A DNA stretch of 64,000 bases from Gammaproteobacteria bacterium (GTDB lineage Bacteria; Pseudomonadota; Gammaproteobacteria; Eutrophobiales; Eutrophobiaceae): contig CBDCTH010000012.1 in NCBI GenBank assembly GCA_965222155.1, positions 2,816,001-2,880,000 on the forward strand, written 5' to 3'. Below, in pieces: positions 1 through 11,637 of the stretch. Every line of letters starts with the position of its first letter. Position 1 is the stretch's first letter. A program made the position numbers and the translations under genes. The notes below the pieces were generated by a model. That model was not told the DNA's origin. It searched no databases and saw only the letters and a list, made by a program, of their open reading frames with translations.

Positions 1-275
1 TTGTGCTTGAGGAACTGAAAAAACTGGACTGTCTCACGCATGACATTCGCTCCGATGGCGCCTTTTATGCGTTTCCGCGCCTGGAAACGAACCAGACTGA
101 CATGGATATTGTCAAACGCCTGATCCGCGAATTCGGGATAGCGGTCATGCCCGGCAGCGCCTTCGGCATGCAGGAGGACTGCTACCTGAGAATTTCTTAC
201 GGCGCCCTGGATCAATCAACAGTAGAGGAAGGGATGCAACGGCTGATTAACGGGCTGAATGCAATTATATGCTGA
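1..275 (+). CDS. PLP-dependent class I/II aminotransferase, C-terminal part (truncated by window start)
   Basis: GAFYAFP, GIAVMPGSAFG and YLRISYG motifs typical of the class I/II aminotransferase C-terminus. Confidence 0.85.
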   Translation, partial: VLEELKKLDCLTHDIRSDGAFYAFPRLETNQTDMDIVKRLIREFGIAVMPGSAFGMQEDCYLRISYGALDQSTVEEGMQRLINGLNAIIC

Positions 276-287
276 ACAACGCGTTCT

Positions 288-1079
288 CTATCGCCTGCCC
301 CGTTTCGACCAGCGCTTATAGGCGTTTTCCAACTGGTCATGCTGTCCGTCCGGCCAGCGGCTCACCCGCCTGGTCAAGCGTTTAGAGCCATGGGCTTTAT
401 GGAACAGCGTGACGTTCCCGGTCTTGAAGAACGGGATCAGCGCCATGCCGGCGACAAAACCGCCTATGTGGGCAAACCAGGCCACGCCGCCGCCTTCCGA
501 CGAAGTGAGCGCGGAGCTGATCAACTGCATGGCAAACCACAGGCCCAGTACCCATAAGGCCGGCAGCCTTACCAGTTGTATGAAGAACCCCAGGGGGATC
601 AACACCAGCACCCTGGCGCGGGGATAAAGTATGAGGTAAGCGCCCAATACCCCTGAGATGGCGCCGCTGGCGCCGATCATGGGTATCTCGGAGTTCGGGT
701 TCTGCAATACCTGGCCGAATACGGCCGCGACCCCGCACAGCAGGTAAAACACGATAAAGCGCCGGTGCCCCATCGCATCTTCCACGTTGTTGCCGAAAAT
801 CCACAGGTACAGCATGTTGCCGGCCAGGTGCATGAAGCCGCCGTGCAGGAACATGGAGGTAAACACGGTTACGGTGGCGGGCACCACCGCTAGTTCCGCC
901 GGCAACGTGACCTTGTTCAACAACACGGCAGGGATGACGCCCAGGGCATAGACGGATGCCTGGTAGCCTTGCGTACCCAGGGAAGCCTGCCACAGGAACA
1001 CCAGGACGCAGGCCGCTATGAAGGCTACGGTCAGTACCGGAAAAATCTTTGTGGGGTTATCGTCGTGAAGAGGGATCAT
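288..1079 (-). CDS. Rhomboid family intramembrane serine protease
   Basis: MIPLHDDNP start, [18 protein letters not shown], catalytic GASG and AHIGG motifs, hydrophobic helices. Confidence 0.93.
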   Translation of the reverse strand: MIPLHDDNPTKIFPVLTVAFIAACVLVFLWQASLGTQGYQASVYALGVIPAVLLNKVTLPAELAVVPATVTVFTSMFLHGGFMHLAGNMLYLWIFGNNVEDAMGHRRFIVFYLLCGVAAVFGQVLQNPNSEIPMIGASGAISGVLGAYLILYPRARVLVLIPLGFFIQLVRLPALWVLGLWFAMQLISSALTSSEGGGVAWFAHIGGFVAGMALIPFFKTGNVTLFHKAHGSKRLTRRVSRWPDGQHDQLENAYKRWSKRGRR

Positions 1080-1968
1080 CTAATAATCTGGCCCGGGCCT
1101 CTTTGTATTTGGCGGAAGTGTGATTGATAACCTCATCAGGCAATGCCGGGCCCGGAGCTTTTTTGTCCCAGTCCAGGGTTTCAAGATAGTCCCTTACGTA
1201 CTGCTTGTCAAAACTGGGGGGACTGATACCCGTGCGGTAAGAAGCCGCAGGCCAGAAGCGGGACGAATCGGGCGTTACTACCTCATCGATCAGGAACAGC
1301 TCGCCGCTCCGATCAGTGCCGAATTCCAGTTTGGTATCGGCAATGATGATGCCTCGATCCCTTGCATATTTCGCTGCTTGTTGATAGATGGCCAAACTCA
1401 GCCTGCGAACTTTTTCCGCAAGGCCGCTACCCAACAGCGCGACGGCTTGTTCAAAACTGATATTTTCATCATGCTCCCCTGCCTCCGCCTTAGTGGAAGG
1501 CGTAAATATCAGTTCCGGCAACTGTTGCGCCTGTTGCAGACCGACCGGCAATGTTATGCCGCAGACCGCGCCGCTACGCTGGTAGTCTTTCCAGCCTGAG
1601 CCGATGATGTATCCCCGGACGATAGCTTCCACCGGCAGAGGGGTCAGTTTTTTAACAACGATGGCCCGGCCTTCGAGTTGGTTGACCTCGCCCTCCGTAA
1701 GACCGATGGAATCCAGGCTGCGACCGGTCAGGTGGTTGCCGATCAAATGTTCGGTCCGGGCAAACCAGAAATTGGATACCGTGGTCAATACCCTGCCTTT
1801 TCCGGGGATGGGATCGGGCAGCACCACGTCGAAGGCGGAGATACGGTCACTGGTGACGATCAGGAGGTGGCCGGCATCCACATCATAGATGTCCCGGACC
1901 TTGCCCCGATTCACCAGCGGCAAGGTGTCAATGGTTGAGCGGTACAGCGCGGCAGGCAAATCTGTCAT
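1057..1968 (-). CDS. purC: Phosphoribosylaminoimidazole-succinocarboxamide synthase
   Basis: [40 protein letters not shown] motifs. Confidence 0.97.
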   Translation of the reverse strand: MTDLPAALYRSTIDTLPLVNRGKVRDIYDVDAGHLLIVTSDRISAFDVVLPDPIPGKGRVLTTVSNFWFARTEHLIGNHLTGRSLDSIGLTEGEVNQLEGRAIVVKKLTPLPVEAIVRGYIIGSGWKDYQRSGAVCGITLPVGLQQAQQLPELIFTPSTKAEAGEHDENISFEQAVALLGSGLAEKVRRLSLAIYQQAAKYARDRGIIIADTKLEFGTDRSGELFLIDEVVTPDSSRFWPAASYRTGISPPSFDKQYVRDYLETLDWDKKAPGPALPDEVINHTSAKYKEARARLLDDPSSRR

Positions 1969-2086
1969 ACAAGCTCCTCCGTATTACGTTTTTCCACGGC
2001 TACATGTCCGTCAAAGTGATTGATGATTAAATACCCTCCAGTCCCGGATTACAATATCCGCAAACTAATAGATACCTGACATATCC

Positions 2087-2304
2087 CCGTCCGCCATGCC
2101 GGGTTTGACCCCCCGTCGCCATACCGGGCTTGACCCGGTATCCAGTCTGATGTTATATCGCCGGAGCCTGCCCCGGCATGTCGTAAGCCGGGGGCGACTC
2201 ATTGTTTCACTGGATTTCCATCCTTAGGTCCGTAAACGGCACATCCCCCTGCTTACAGCATGCAGGGGCAGGCTATGTGCCACTACTCTGCTTTCGCAGG
2301 AATG
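2087..2304. repeat. Cluster of nested short palindromic repeats (CGTC-type REP-like hairpins plus two copies of a 28-nt AGCCTGCCCC hairpin element)
   Basis: cgtcgccataccgggcttgacccggtatccag at 2114-2145 (near reverse complement of 11247-11278); ctggatt...ctgctttcgcaggaatg arm 2210-2304 interrupted by ggcacatcc|atgtgcc, which is itself interrupted at 2247-2274; a second element copy at 2165-2192. Confidence 0.85.
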
Positions 2305-2322
2305 GTATGGGGCAGCAGCAAC

Positions 2323-3999
2323 TTACTTTTTGCTTATCTTCGCCCAGCTGTCGCGCAGCGTTACAATCCGGTTGAAGACCGGTTTGTCCGGCGACCAGTC
2401 TTCCCGGTCAGCGCAGAAGTATCCCAGACGTTCAAACTGAAAGCGTTGCTCCGGTTCTGCTTGCGCCAGGTCCGGTTCAATGAGACAACGTGTAAGCGTC
2501 TCCAGGGAAGCCGGGTTGATATGGCTCTTCCAGTCCTGCTCACCCCGGTCGGGATTGGCAATGGAAAACAGCCTGTCATAGAGCCTTACCTGCGCGGGAC
2601 GCGCGTGTTTTGCCGAAACCCAGTGGATCGTCCCCTTGACCTTGCGTCCGTCGGGGGCGTTACCGCCCCGTGTGGCCGGATCATAGCTGCAATGCAACTC
2701 AAGCACTGCGTCGGTTTGCTCATCCTTGACAACTTTGTTGCAGGTGATGAAATAAGCATAACGCAGGCGCACTTCCCGGCCGGGCGCCAGACGGAAGAAC
2801 TTCCTTGGTGCATCTTCCATAAAATCATCCTGTTCAATATACAACACCTTGCTGAACGGGACCCGGCGCGCGCCCATAGCCGGGTCCTGGGGATGATTGG
2901 CGGCATCCAGCAACTCCTCTTCTTCATCGGGATAGTTGTCGATCACGACTTTCAACGGGCGTAATACCGCCATGCGGCGCGGCGCGGCGACGCCCAGTTC
3001 GTTCCTGATAACATGTTCCAGCACACCCGCGTCAATATAGGTGTCGCTCTTGGTCAGGCCGATCAGCTCGCAAAAGTCGCGTATGGATTTCGGGGTAAAC
3101 CCGCGCCGCCGCAAGCCGGACAGGGTGGGCATGCGCGGGTCATCCCAGCCGTCCACGCTCCCGTCATCGACCAGTTCGATCAGCCTGCGTTTGCTCAGCA
3201 CCGTATACTCAAGGTTCAGCCGGGCGAATTCATACTGGCGCGGGCGCGCAGGCGTATTCAGGTTGTCGATAAACCAGTCGTACAAAGGACGGTGGTCCTC
3301 AAATTCCAGACTGCACAGTGAGTGGCTGACATGCTCCAGCGCATCCGACAGACACTGGGTAAAATCGTACATGGGATAGATGCACCAGTCATCGCCGGTG
3401 CGGTAATGGCGCGACCTGCGAATCCGGTAAATGACCGGATCGCGCATGTTCAGGTTGGCCGCCTGCATGTCAATTTTCGCCCTGAGCACGTGTTCACCAT
3501 CGGCAAATTCACCAGCTTTCATCTTGTGGAACAATTCCAGGTTTTCAGCAACCGGCCTGTTTCGATGGGGACTGTCAGTTCCCGGTTGCGTCAAAGTACC
3601 GCGATATTCCCTGATCCGGTCCGCGCTCATGCTGTCCACATAGGCTTTTCCCTGCTCAATCAGTTCGATTGCAAAACGGAACAGCCGAGCAAAATAATCC
3701 GAGGCAAAAAACAACCTGTCTTCCCAGTCGAAGCCCAGCCAGCGTACGTCTTCCTGTATGGCCTCAACGTATTTCATGTCCTCTTTTTCCGGGTTGGTAT
3801 CATCAAAGCGCAGGTTGCATTTCCCCCGGTACTGCGCCGCCATGCCGAAGTTCAGGCAGATTGCCTTGGCATGGCCTATATGCAGGAAACCGTTGGGTTC
3901 CGGCGGAAAGCGCGTGTAGACGCCTTCCGGGCAACGGCCCTGTGCCAAATCATCGTCGATGATCTTGCGGATAAAATGTGTCGGCGTTGAATTTTCCAT
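2323..3999 (-). CDS. glnS: Glutaminyl-tRNA synthetase
   Basis: [15 protein letters not shown] (HIGH), LSKR (KMSKS-like), [20 protein letters not shown]. Confidence 0.98.
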   Translation of the reverse strand: MENSTPTHFIRKIIDDDLAQGRCPEGVYTRFPPEPNGFLHIGHAKAICLNFGMAAQYRGKCNLRFDDTNPEKEDMKYVEAIQEDVRWLGFDWEDRLFFASDYFARLFRFAIELIEQGKAYVDSMSADRIREYRGTLTQPGTDSPHRNRPVAENLELFHKMKAGEFADGEHVLRAKIDMQAANLNMRDPVIYRIRRSRHYRTGDDWCIYPMYDFTQCLSDALEHVSHSLCSLEFEDHRPLYDWFIDNLNTPARPRQYEFARLNLEYTVLSKRRLIELVDDGSVDGWDDPRMPTLSGLRRRGFTPKSIRDFCELIGLTKSDTYIDAGVLEHVIRNELGVAAPRRMAVLRPLKVVIDNYPDEEEELLDAANHPQDPAMGARRVPFSKVLYIEQDDFMEDAPRKFFRLAPGREVRLRYAYFITCNKVVKDEQTDAVLELHCSYDPATRGGNAPDGRKVKGTIHWVSAKHARPAQVRLYDRLFSIANPDRGEQDWKSHINPASLETLTRCLIEPDLAQAEPEQRFQFERLGYFCADREDWSPDKPVFNRIVTLRDSWAKISKK

Positions 4000-4013
4000 C
4001 CGGTCGTATGGCC

Positions 4014-6503
4014 TCAGCCATTCTTTACAAAATCAGGTATATCGCCATCCAGGCCAGTGGCCCGGCGCATTGTGAAATTCTTCAGGTCCTGAAATGAATT
4101 ATACAGGCCCAGCCCGGCATTCCTTAACGGGGGAACGGGTAAAGTCTGGTTTTCAAACAGGTATTTTAAACTCTCCAGGGCCATCATGACCATAAAATTT
4201 TCACCTTTGCGCCATCTTTCATACTTTCTCAGCACTGCCGTACTGCCCGGATCGCGTCCTTTTGTCCCGGCTTCCCTGATCACCTGGAACAGACTGGCCA
4301 CGTCGAGCAGACCCAGGTTGGCGCCCAGCCCGGCCAGGGGATGAACACAATGCGCCGCATCGCCGACCAGGGCAATCCTGTCGGAGCAGTAATGGCGCGC
4401 CTGCGCTCTTTGCAGGGGGAAACTCTGCCTGACGCCGGCGTCGGTAACCGCGCCCAGGGAGTGCTCGAACGCCTCGGCCAGCGCCTGTTGAAATGCAGCC
4501 TTATCCATGGCGAGCAGCTCTGCCGCGTGTCCCGGGGCAGTCGACCAGACCACGCCACAGCGATTCGGTTCGGCCAGGGGCAGGAACGCCAGGGGGCCGT
4601 CGGTCATAAACCGCTGGCGGGCGACTTGCCCGTGGCTCATTTCCGTGCGGACGATACTCGCAACGGCCGTTTGCCGGTATTGACGCACGCGATACTCTAT
4701 TCCGGCAAGCTGCCTGATCTTCGAACCTGTTCCGTCCGCGCCGACAAGCAGTTTTGTCGACAGTTCGCGGCCATCACTCAGCGTCACCCTGACAGCCTTG
4801 TGATCGTTAATGAGACCGACCGGTTCCACGCCGGCGCACAGCGTAACACCAGGCAGCCCGGCGCGGACTGTTTCCAACGCATGCACCAATACATTTTGCC
4901 TCACCGTATATGCCAGGGTCGACTGGCCGATATCGGCGCTATCGAAGTGGAGGCTGCCGGCGCCGTTCTCATCCCACACCTGCATGTGTTTGAACAGGCC
5001 GGGCTGCTCCGCCAGTTGCTGCCAGGCCCGGACCACAGACAGAATATTCCGGGACGCCGGGGTCAGGGCCAACACCCGGGCATCCTCAGCCGCGGTCCCG
5101 GTTGCGCCCGGTGTGCTGCGCTCGACCAGGATACATTCCATACCGTTGGCTGCCGCCAATAACGCCATAGCGCCGCCGACCACGCCGCCGCCGACTATCA
5201 GGAGCTCCGTATCCACAGGCCGGGAGACGGAAACGCGGGTCCCGGTCGCTGCGGTTTGCCCTGTAATCCCGGCTATTGCGGGTTGGGCGCGGTTTGCCTC
5301 CCGTTGCATCGATCCCCTGCCGCGCGCCGTCCGGAGTCCTGTCGCCTGCCTGATAAATTCTTTTTTCAGGGGCGGCAGCGTATCGAGGATCAGCATTGCG
5401 CCGGTGCGCAGCGCGGCCTTCAGCGGGTTCGAATCGTTGAACGCCCTTTGCAGTAAATCGGTGAAGCGGATAACCTGCTGCTGATCCGCCTGCCTGGCTG
5501 AACTGTATGCGGCAAGGACCTCTGCGGCCCCCACGTCGCCGCCATTGCGCAGGGTCGCGCCAAGCTGATCGGCCAGTTGCGCCACGTCCCGCAAAACAAG
5601 ATTAAACCCCTGGGCGCCGTTGGGGTGGATAGTATGCGCGGCATTGCCCAGCAGCACGATGCGATCATGGGTCTGTTGTTCCGGCCGGAGTAAAAACAGG
5701 GGGTAGGATTTCCTCGCGCCCGCACCGGATAAGCTCCCCAGACGCTTGCCGAATGCCTGTTGCAGCAGATCGAGATAGGTCTCGTCGTCAAGCTGTAAAT
5801 AACTGTCCGCCTTGTCTGCCGGCGTTACCATGACCGAAACGCAACGGCGGCCCTGCAGCGGCAATAAGGCAACCAGGCCGCCGGGGGTAAATCTCTCGTA
5901 CGCCGTGTTACGGTGGTCCCGGGAAATCGAGACGTTGCTGACGATGGCCGCTTGCCGGTAATCATGGATTCTTGTTTTTATCCCGGCCAGTTCCCTGGTG
6001 TTTGAAAAAGCGCCGTCCGCTATCACGAGAAGTCTGCACTTCAGGACCGAATCCTCCCTGGCCTGCCTGATCCGTACGCTGACCGAGTGGGGGTCGCGCT
6101 CTATTGCGACAGCCGTTGCCGGGCAGAACGTGTCAATATTGGCGTGACCGGCCATCTCCCCGGACAGCGTGCGTCCCAGCTCATGGGCGCGCGCCACAAA
6201 CCCCAAAGCATCGACACCCAGCATATCGGCAGACATCCTGACACAGCCGAAGCGGCCCCGGGTACTGACGTGTATTCTTTCAACGGGACAAACAGACGAC
6301 CCCAGTTTCGACCACAGGCCTATCTCGTCCAGTAACCTCCAGGAAGAAAGGGATAAGGCGATGCCTCTCGCGTCTTCGTCCCGGCCGCTGTCATCCGGCG
6401 CCTGTGTCTGTTCAACCAGGGCAATGCCGGCCTTTTCTCCGGCCAGGGCACAGGCAAGACCGGCGCCGGCTAGGCCGCCGCCGATAACTGCAATATCATA
6501 CAT
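4014..6503 (-). CDS. ubiH-ubiI: Fused UbiH-UbiI FAD-dependent ubiquinone hydroxylases (two complete monooxygenase domains in one 829-aa ORF)
   Basis: Two GxGxxG motifs; [17 protein letters not shown] (UbiH-type) and [18 protein letters not shown] (UbiI/VisC-type); follows pepP as in the pepP-ubiH-ubiI operon; no stop between domains. Confidence 0.9.
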   Translation of the reverse strand: MYDIAVIGGGLAGAGLACALAGEKAGIALVEQTQAPDDSGRDEDARGIALSLSSWRLLDEIGLWSKLGSSVCPVERIHVSTRGRFGCVRMSADMLGVDALGFVARAHELGRTLSGEMAGHANIDTFCPATAVAIERDPHSVSVRIRQAREDSVLKCRLLVIADGAFSNTRELAGIKTRIHDYRQAAIVSNVSISRDHRNTAYERFTPGGLVALLPLQGRRCVSVMVTPADKADSYLQLDDETYLDLLQQAFGKRLGSLSGAGARKSYPLFLLRPEQQTHDRIVLLGNAAHTIHPNGAQGFNLVLRDVAQLADQLGATLRNGGDVGAAEVLAAYSSARQADQQQVIRFTDLLQRAFNDSNPLKAALRTGAMLILDTLPPLKKEFIRQATGLRTARGRGSMQREANRAQPAIAGITGQTAATGTRVSVSRPVDTELLIVGGGVVGGAMALLAAANGMECILVERSTPGATGTAAEDARVLALTPASRNILSVVRAWQQLAEQPGLFKHMQVWDENGAGSLHFDSADIGQSTLAYTVRQNVLVHALETVRAGLPGVTLCAGVEPVGLINDHKAVRVTLSDGRELSTKLLVGADGTGSKIRQLAGIEYRVRQYRQTAVASIVRTEMSHGQVARQRFMTDGPLAFLPLAEPNRCGVVWSTAPGHAAELLAMDKAAFQQALAEAFEHSLGAVTDAGVRQSFPLQRAQARHYCSDRIALVGDAAHCVHPLAGLGANLGLLDVASLFQVIREAGTKGRDPGSTAVLRKYERWRKGENFMVMMALESLKYLFENQTLPVPPLRNAGLGLYNSFQDLKNFTMRRATGLDGDIPDFVKNG

Positions 6504-6511
6504 CGCACAAA

Positions 6512-7822
6512 CTAACCATTCAGCGACATCAGCGCCTCGATTTCAGCAACGCTTTTGGGCGCTTCCCGGCTCAGCACCTCATGGCCGGCCTTCGTTACCA
6601 GCACATCATCTTCAATACGCACGCCGATGTTCCACCATTTCTTGGCAAGACCCGGTTGCGGCGGGAAATACAGTCCCGGTTCAATGGTCATAACCATACC
6701 CGGCTCCAGCATGCGCCACTCATCGCCTACCTTATATTCGCCGACGTCGTGTACGTCCATACCCAGCCAGTGCCCGGTTTTGTGCATGAAATAACGATTG
6801 TAAACCTTCTCCTTCATCAAGGTCTGCGGTTGTCCCTTGAGAATTCCCAACTCAACCAGGCCTTCGGTCAGCACTTCAACTGCCGCGTCATGGGGTTGCG
6901 CCCAGTGATGCCCCGGCCTCACTGCATCGATTGCAGCCTGCTGCGCGGCCAGGACAAGCTCGTACACCGATTTCTGCCGGCTGTTGAAGCGGCCGTTGAC
7001 CGGGAACGTACGGGTTACGTCACTCGCATAGCATTCATATTCAGCCCCGGCGTCAATCAATAATATGTCACCGTCTTCCAGTTCCCGGGTATTATCTGTG
7101 TAATGCAAAACGCAACTGTTTGCGCCGCTGCCTACAATGGAAGGATAGGCTGTGCTGTGCGCACCCTGGCGCATGAACTCGTGGATCAGTTCAGCCTCAA
7201 TCTGATATTCCGTCATCCCCGGATGACATGCTTTCATGGCGCGTACGTGGGCATTGGCCGAAATGGCAGCCGCCTTGCGTAACATGCTTATTTCATGGCG
7301 GCTTTTATACAAACGCATGTCATGGAGGATATGGTTCATGGAAACGAATTCCTCCGGTGCGTGGATACCGCTGCGCGCCTTGCCGCGCACTTGATTGACC
7401 CAGCCAAGCACACGTTGATCGAACACGGCGTTATTACCCATGGTGTAATAAATTCGCTCCCGGTTCTCCAGCAACCCGGGCAAAATATCGTCCAGGTCGG
7501 TAATCGGGTAGGCATCATCCGCGCCGTAATCATTACAAGCGCCTTCCAGGCCGGCCCTGGCGCCGTGCCAGACTTCCTGTTCCGGGTTACGTTCACGACA
7601 AAACAGGACAAATTCTCCCAGCCCCCGGCCCGGGATCAACGCGATAACGGCTTCCGGTTCGGCAAACCCCGTTAAATAATAAAAATCGCTATCGGGACGA
7701 TAGCGAAATTGCACGTCGCGGTTACGTGTCTTCTCAGGCGCGGCGGGCAGGATCGCAATACTGCCATCGCCCAGCATATCCATGAGTTTCTTGCGGCGCT
7801 TGTGAAATTCACTGTGTTTCAT
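6512..7822 (-). CDS. pepP: Xaa-Pro aminopeptidase
   Basis: [52 protein letters not shown]. Confidence 0.97.
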   Translation of the reverse strand: MKHSEFHKRRKKLMDMLGDGSIAILPAAPEKTRNRDVQFRYRPDSDFYYLTGFAEPEAVIALIPGRGLGEFVLFCRERNPEQEVWHGARAGLEGACNDYGADDAYPITDLDDILPGLLENRERIYYTMGNNAVFDQRVLGWVNQVRGKARSGIHAPEEFVSMNHILHDMRLYKSRHEISMLRKAAAISANAHVRAMKACHPGMTEYQIEAELIHEFMRQGAHSTAYPSIVGSGANSCVLHYTDNTRELEDGDILLIDAGAEYECYASDVTRTFPVNGRFNSRQKSVYELVLAAQQAAIDAVRPGHHWAQPHDAAVEVLTEGLVELGILKGQPQTLMKEKVYNRYFMHKTGHWLGMDVHDVGEYKVGDEWRMLEPGMVMTIEPGLYFPPQPGLAKKWWNIGVRIEDDVLVTKAGHEVLSREAPKSVAEIEALMSLNG

Positions 7823-7888
7823 CCGGCATGCTCATATATTTCCAGGAGCTTCTACCGTACCGTGATACATTCCCAAAAGCAATGGGAG

Positions 7889-7932
7889 TTATGGGGACAA
7901 CAGGGGACGGATATTTAAATCCGTCCCCTGTT
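7889..7932. repeat. GGGGAC-family repeat: partial ttatggggaca plus hairpin aacaggggacggat-N6-atccgtcccctgtt
   Basis: 14-bp perfect inverted repeat 7899-7912/7919-7932; related to ggggacagatttcaaatctgtccc at 13809-13832. Confidence 0.8.
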
Positions 7933-7940
7933 ACCGCTTC

Positions 7941-9650
7941 CTACCACGGGATAGTCGTGCGCAGCATCAACCCGTGTTCCGGTCGGGCAAGGGCCGTCTC
8001 ATGACGCTCACCGGCCAGGCTCAGGCTTAACGATTGACCCAACTCAAAGCGCCAGCCCAGGCGCGTGGTACGGCTGCCGCCGCCGGCCAGCTCAACGCTG
8101 CCGTACGGCGTCAGCAGCCCATGGGTCCACGGCACGTCCAGCCCATAGCCCCACTCCGCCTTGATGCGGCCCCGCGGGGTCGTCAGCCCCGGCCCGCGCG
8201 CCAGCCCCGCCGTGTCCTGCCGCTGCCATAACGCATCCGCACCGCTGTCCGCCCGGCACACCTCGATGCGGAAGCCCTGCAGCTTCGAGAGGTTCAGCGA
8301 CTGGTCGGAGTTGAAGGCGTTGTACGGCCGCACCCAGATCACCTCCGCGCGGCTGCTGTCGGTGGCCGCCACCCTGAGGTTCTGCGGCGCGGTCGGGATC
8401 TGGGTGATCTCCAGCGACGGCAGGCCCGTGACCAATGCCGCATTCCCCCGTCCGTGCGCGTTCACCGCGCGCACCTCGAAGGTGTACTCCGTGCCGTTGG
8501 CGAGCTCCTCCACAGTGTGCGTCGTCGCCAGGGCGACGTCCGTCCAGCTGCCGAACGACGTCGCGTCCGATTCCTTCCAGCGCACCTCGTAGCTGGTCAC
8601 CGGGCCGTCGTCGTCCTGTACCGTCAGCACGGTGCGGGCGGGGTCGCCCTCGGTCACACGCTCCGGGCGCGTGCCGAAGGTCAGGGTCAGGGTTTCGTCG
8701 GACTCCTTGTCGAGCAGACCGACGGCGCCGGGTTGCCGACGAATAGAGCAATTGAACCGTTCGAGACCGACGCCAGAGAGATCGTGACCGCGCCGTCCTC
8801 CGCCTCGTTTTCCGAATCGACGTCGGTGGCCACCGTGAAGTCTCCCGACGCCTGGCAGGCGACCATGTCCACGCCGCCCGAGGCCGCGTCCAGATACCCG
8901 CCCGGATCCGACGCCGACCAGTTCAGGCCGGCGGGGAAAGTCGCCACGCAATCGGCGTTGCCGGAGTCGTCCAGCCGTGCCAGGCGGAACTCGGCGTTCT
9001 CGCCCTCCTCGATCGAGGGCGGCTCCGTATTCGCCAGCAAGCCGCGCGGCGTCAGTTCGAACCAGTAGCGGACCGGGGTGACGGATGACCGCGACTCAGG
9101 GCCTTCGCCCCCCGCGGCGTTCTTCGCCCCCCGCGCGAACTCGTAGCCCGCCGGCAGGTTCTCCGCGCGATCCTTATGCACGTATGTCGTGATCGGCAGA
9201 CCGGTCGCGGGCCACTGCCGCCGGCCTCCCGACCACGGGTTCAGATCGTTGCTGGCGATGTCGATAGTAAAGGTCTTGACGTCGAGAGCGCTGCCGTCCA
9301 CCTCGTCGTTGTACCCGACAAACTGGTTGATGCCCAAATCCCGAACCGTGACGTTTCCCGTCCAGATCGGGTCCGTCATGGCGTCGGTGCTGCAGGCAAT
9401 CACCGAGCCGCTGGTCTCCATAACGACCGTGGACGCCGTCCCCGTCCCGATACTGTTGATGGCCGAGACCCGGTAGTGCCGCGTGCTTCCCGCCGTGAGC
9501 ATCGTGTGGCTGTAGGCCGTGTCCGTCGACATCGTGTCGGCAACCAGGTCGGTTCAGGTGACGCCGCTGTCCGTAGAGACCTCGATCTTGTAACCGGTCA
9601 CGTCCGCGCCGCCACTCGTAGACGGCTCCCCCCCAGGACAGGCAGTCATG
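7941..9650 (-). pseudogene. Fragmented, internally deleted large surface protein (fibronectin type III repeats plus autotransporter-like beta-barrel C-terminus)
   Basis: FN3 signatures GGADVTGYKIEVS, RHYRVSAINSIGTG and LANGTEYTFEVRAVN in different frames; C-terminal amphipathic strands ending in W; visibly higher GC than flanks. Confidence 0.75.
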
Positions 9651-9815
9651 GGCTCGGCTCGGCTCTTAATGAGCTTGTGCCCGGCGTCGGCCCGTGTCAA
9701 GCCGGTTTTTTCATGCTCCGGGGGGAACGGAACCTGCGTTTCACTCAGTATCGTTGCCGGTAACGTCATGCTGCGTATCTCTCCGAATAAACAGGTTTTT
9801 CTTAACCGCGACGAT

Positions 9816-9876
9816 GAATTATGGGGACACGGAATTATGGGGACACAATACTTAATTCGCGGTGTCCCCATAATTC
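9816..9876. repeat. TTATGGGGACACAATACTTAATT repeat family: partial, full (+) and inverted partial copies
   Basis: gaattatggggacac 9816-9830, gaattatggggacacaatacttaatt 9832-9857, gtgtccccataattc 9862-9876. Confidence 0.85.
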
Positions 9877-9967
9877 GCGAATTTTTAATTGTAGTTACAG
9901 CGTAGTCTTGACCGTAGACACGGAAACGTTCATACTGTAGTCAATTAGAACCACCAAGAGGTTTTTC

Positions 9968-10222
9968 ATGGAATTTGCACTACGTCAGGCAAAAGCGCGC
10001 CTTTCCGAACTTGTCGCTGCTGCCCAAGGTGGTGAGCGCGTTGTTATCACGAAACATGGAGAGCCAGCGGTCGAACTCGTTCGCTTTCGCAAGCGTGGCG
10101 GAATCGACTTCGACAAACTGGATGAGGCGCGTCACCGCTTTGGGATTGTGAACGACGATACAGAGTGGCCCGAGGAATTTGATGACCCGGCATTCAGTCG
10201 CAAGGTTCTTGGGATTAACTAG
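9968..10222 (+). CDS. Type II antitoxin, Phd/YefM family
   Basis: QAKARLSELVAAAQGGERVVITKHGEPAVELV; directly upstream of a PIN toxin. Confidence 0.9.
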   Translation: MEFALRQAKARLSELVAAAQGGERVVITKHGEPAVELVRFRKRGGIDFDKLDEARHRFGIVNDDTEWPEEFDDPAFSRKVLGIN

Positions 10223-10237
10223 GCCATACCCGGTCTC

Positions 10238-10633
10238 ATGCGGATTCTGCTCGATACTTCATATATCTATCGATTGATGATGCAACCCGCGCGTTTATCT
10301 GACGCTGAGCGGTTGATCCTCACGAATCAGGCAATACAACTCTATGTGAGCGCCGTGTCGATCTGGGAGATGAGACTGAAATTCCAAAGCCGGGACTCGT
10401 CGGGTAGACGAAAGAGTTTTTTCGACCCGAATGTTGTGATCAAAATGCTTGAAGATCAGGATGTCATCTTCCTGCCAATAACCCCGAGCCACGCGGCCAG
10501 GTCGCTGGAGACTCCCATCGCCCATAAAGATCCATTTGATGAAATCCTGCTCGTTCAGGCTCAGGAAGAGGGGCTCAAGCTCCTTACCATCGACCGCCAA
10601 CTAATCGAACATCCACTGGCAGTCAGGGCATAG
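10238..10633 (+). CDS. vapC: Type II toxin, VapC/PIN domain
   Basis: ILLDT, VSAVSIWE, HKDPFD and LLTID acidic PIN motifs. Confidence 0.92.
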   Translation: MRILLDTSYIYRLMMQPARLSDAERLILTNQAIQLYVSAVSIWEMRLKFQSRDSSGRRKSFFDPNVVIKMLEDQDVIFLPITPSHAARSLETPIAHKDPFDEILLVQAQEEGLKLLTIDRQLIEHPLAVRA

Positions 10634-10644
10634 GGGTTATGGGG

Positions 10645-10664
10645 AATTAAGTATTGTGTCCCCA
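10645..10664 (-). repeat. Inverted copy of the GGGGACACAATACTTAATT repeat
   Basis: aattaagtattgtgtcccca, reverse complement of 9838-9857. Confidence 0.85.
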
Positions 10665-10769
10665 AAATTTTTAAAAGCATATGAAAAATATGCTGCACCA
10701 AAAGAATGCTTGATCGACTTAACCCCAGATAATGATTCTCTGCTTAATGCAACTCATTTGGAGAGCTAC

Positions 10770-11189
10770 ATTTCTTAGCTGGCAGCACGTTACTCACGGC
10801 CTGCACTACCCACGGAGTTCAACAACAGAATATCTGCCGTTGACCCAAAAGAGAAACTAAGAAAAAAAGCTAAAGGGGCTAATGAACAGCTATTAGGCAT
10901 CTATGTGGAGATAATTCCCGATGCAGAGATACCCAGAGAAAATGCCTATAGGGTTAACTTGTTAGGGCTAGTGTCCGCAGGCTTCGAAGGCGACTTGGCT
11001 GAAGCTGAACTCGCCCTGAACGAATATGCTGAAATTATGAGGCTGGCAAATGTGGACGTTGCCGCAGTGCTTCGACAAGAAAACGAAGTGTCCATTGCAG
11101 AGATAAAAAGATTCAAACGATTCTATTACGACGATTTGTCTTTCAAGGGAGGCACTCCACTTCCTGCAGAAGTGGAAACAATATTGTAG
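10770..11189 (+). pseudogene. 5'-truncated/frameshifted hypothetical protein
   Basis: The 10905-11189 frame extends upstream as AARYSRPALPTEFNNRI... to an in-frame stop with no start codon; AT-rich; sits between repeat copies. Confidence 0.5.
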
Positions 11190-11202
11190 TCGTTCATTGG
11201 CG

Positions 11203-11307
11203 TTATGGGGACACAATACTTAATTGCCTGGCGGCTCCTTGTTTCACTGGATGCCGGGTCAAGCCCGGCATGACGACGGGGAGCGGGGAATTAAGTATTG
11301 TGTCCCC
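11203..11307. repeat. Composite repeat: inverted GGGGACACAATACTTAATT pair enclosing a CGTC-type REP hairpin
   Basis: ttatggggacacaatacttaatt 11203-11225; ctggatgccgggtcaagcccggcatgacgacg 11247-11278; aattaagtattgtgtcccc 11289-11307. Confidence 0.88.
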
Positions 11308-11412
11308 TTAATTGAATTGCCCGGAGGTCACCTTGACCGGCTTTCAACTGCGTTCTATATTGATAGGGTACGCTTGCGTTATGAGGGGAAACCAACCGCG
11401 GAAATTTTAACT

Positions 11413-11637
11413 ATGTCTGAGAAAAAATTAGAAAATGTAGATTTGGGGGTGCTTGAAACACGGGTTGATGATCTTATCCGAACGGTTGATGCGCTGAAAA
11501 ACGAGAATTCCGCTTTGCGTCACCAGCAAAAAAACCTGATAAGTGAACGGGCCTTGCTCATTGAAAAAACCGAGCAGGCAAGGTTTCGCATTGAATCCAT
11601 GATTGCCCGGCTGCGGGCTATGGAAACACACCCATGA
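11413..11637 (+). CDS. TIGR02449-family coiled-coil protein (ZapB-like)
   Basis: LETRVDDLI...ERALLIEKTEQARFRIESMIARLRAME; overlaps zapA start; start moved to ATG 11413. Confidence 0.85.
   Translation: MSEKKLENVDLGVLETRVDDLIRTVDALKNENSALRHQQKNLISERALLIEKTEQARFRIESMIARLRAMETHP

Noticed and set aside
11224-11412. N-terminal extension of the TIGR02449 ORF, and likewise rpiA 13728-13859
   Set aside because: The extensions translate repeat DNA (IKYCVP, GTQYLI), and family-typical starts lie downstream.
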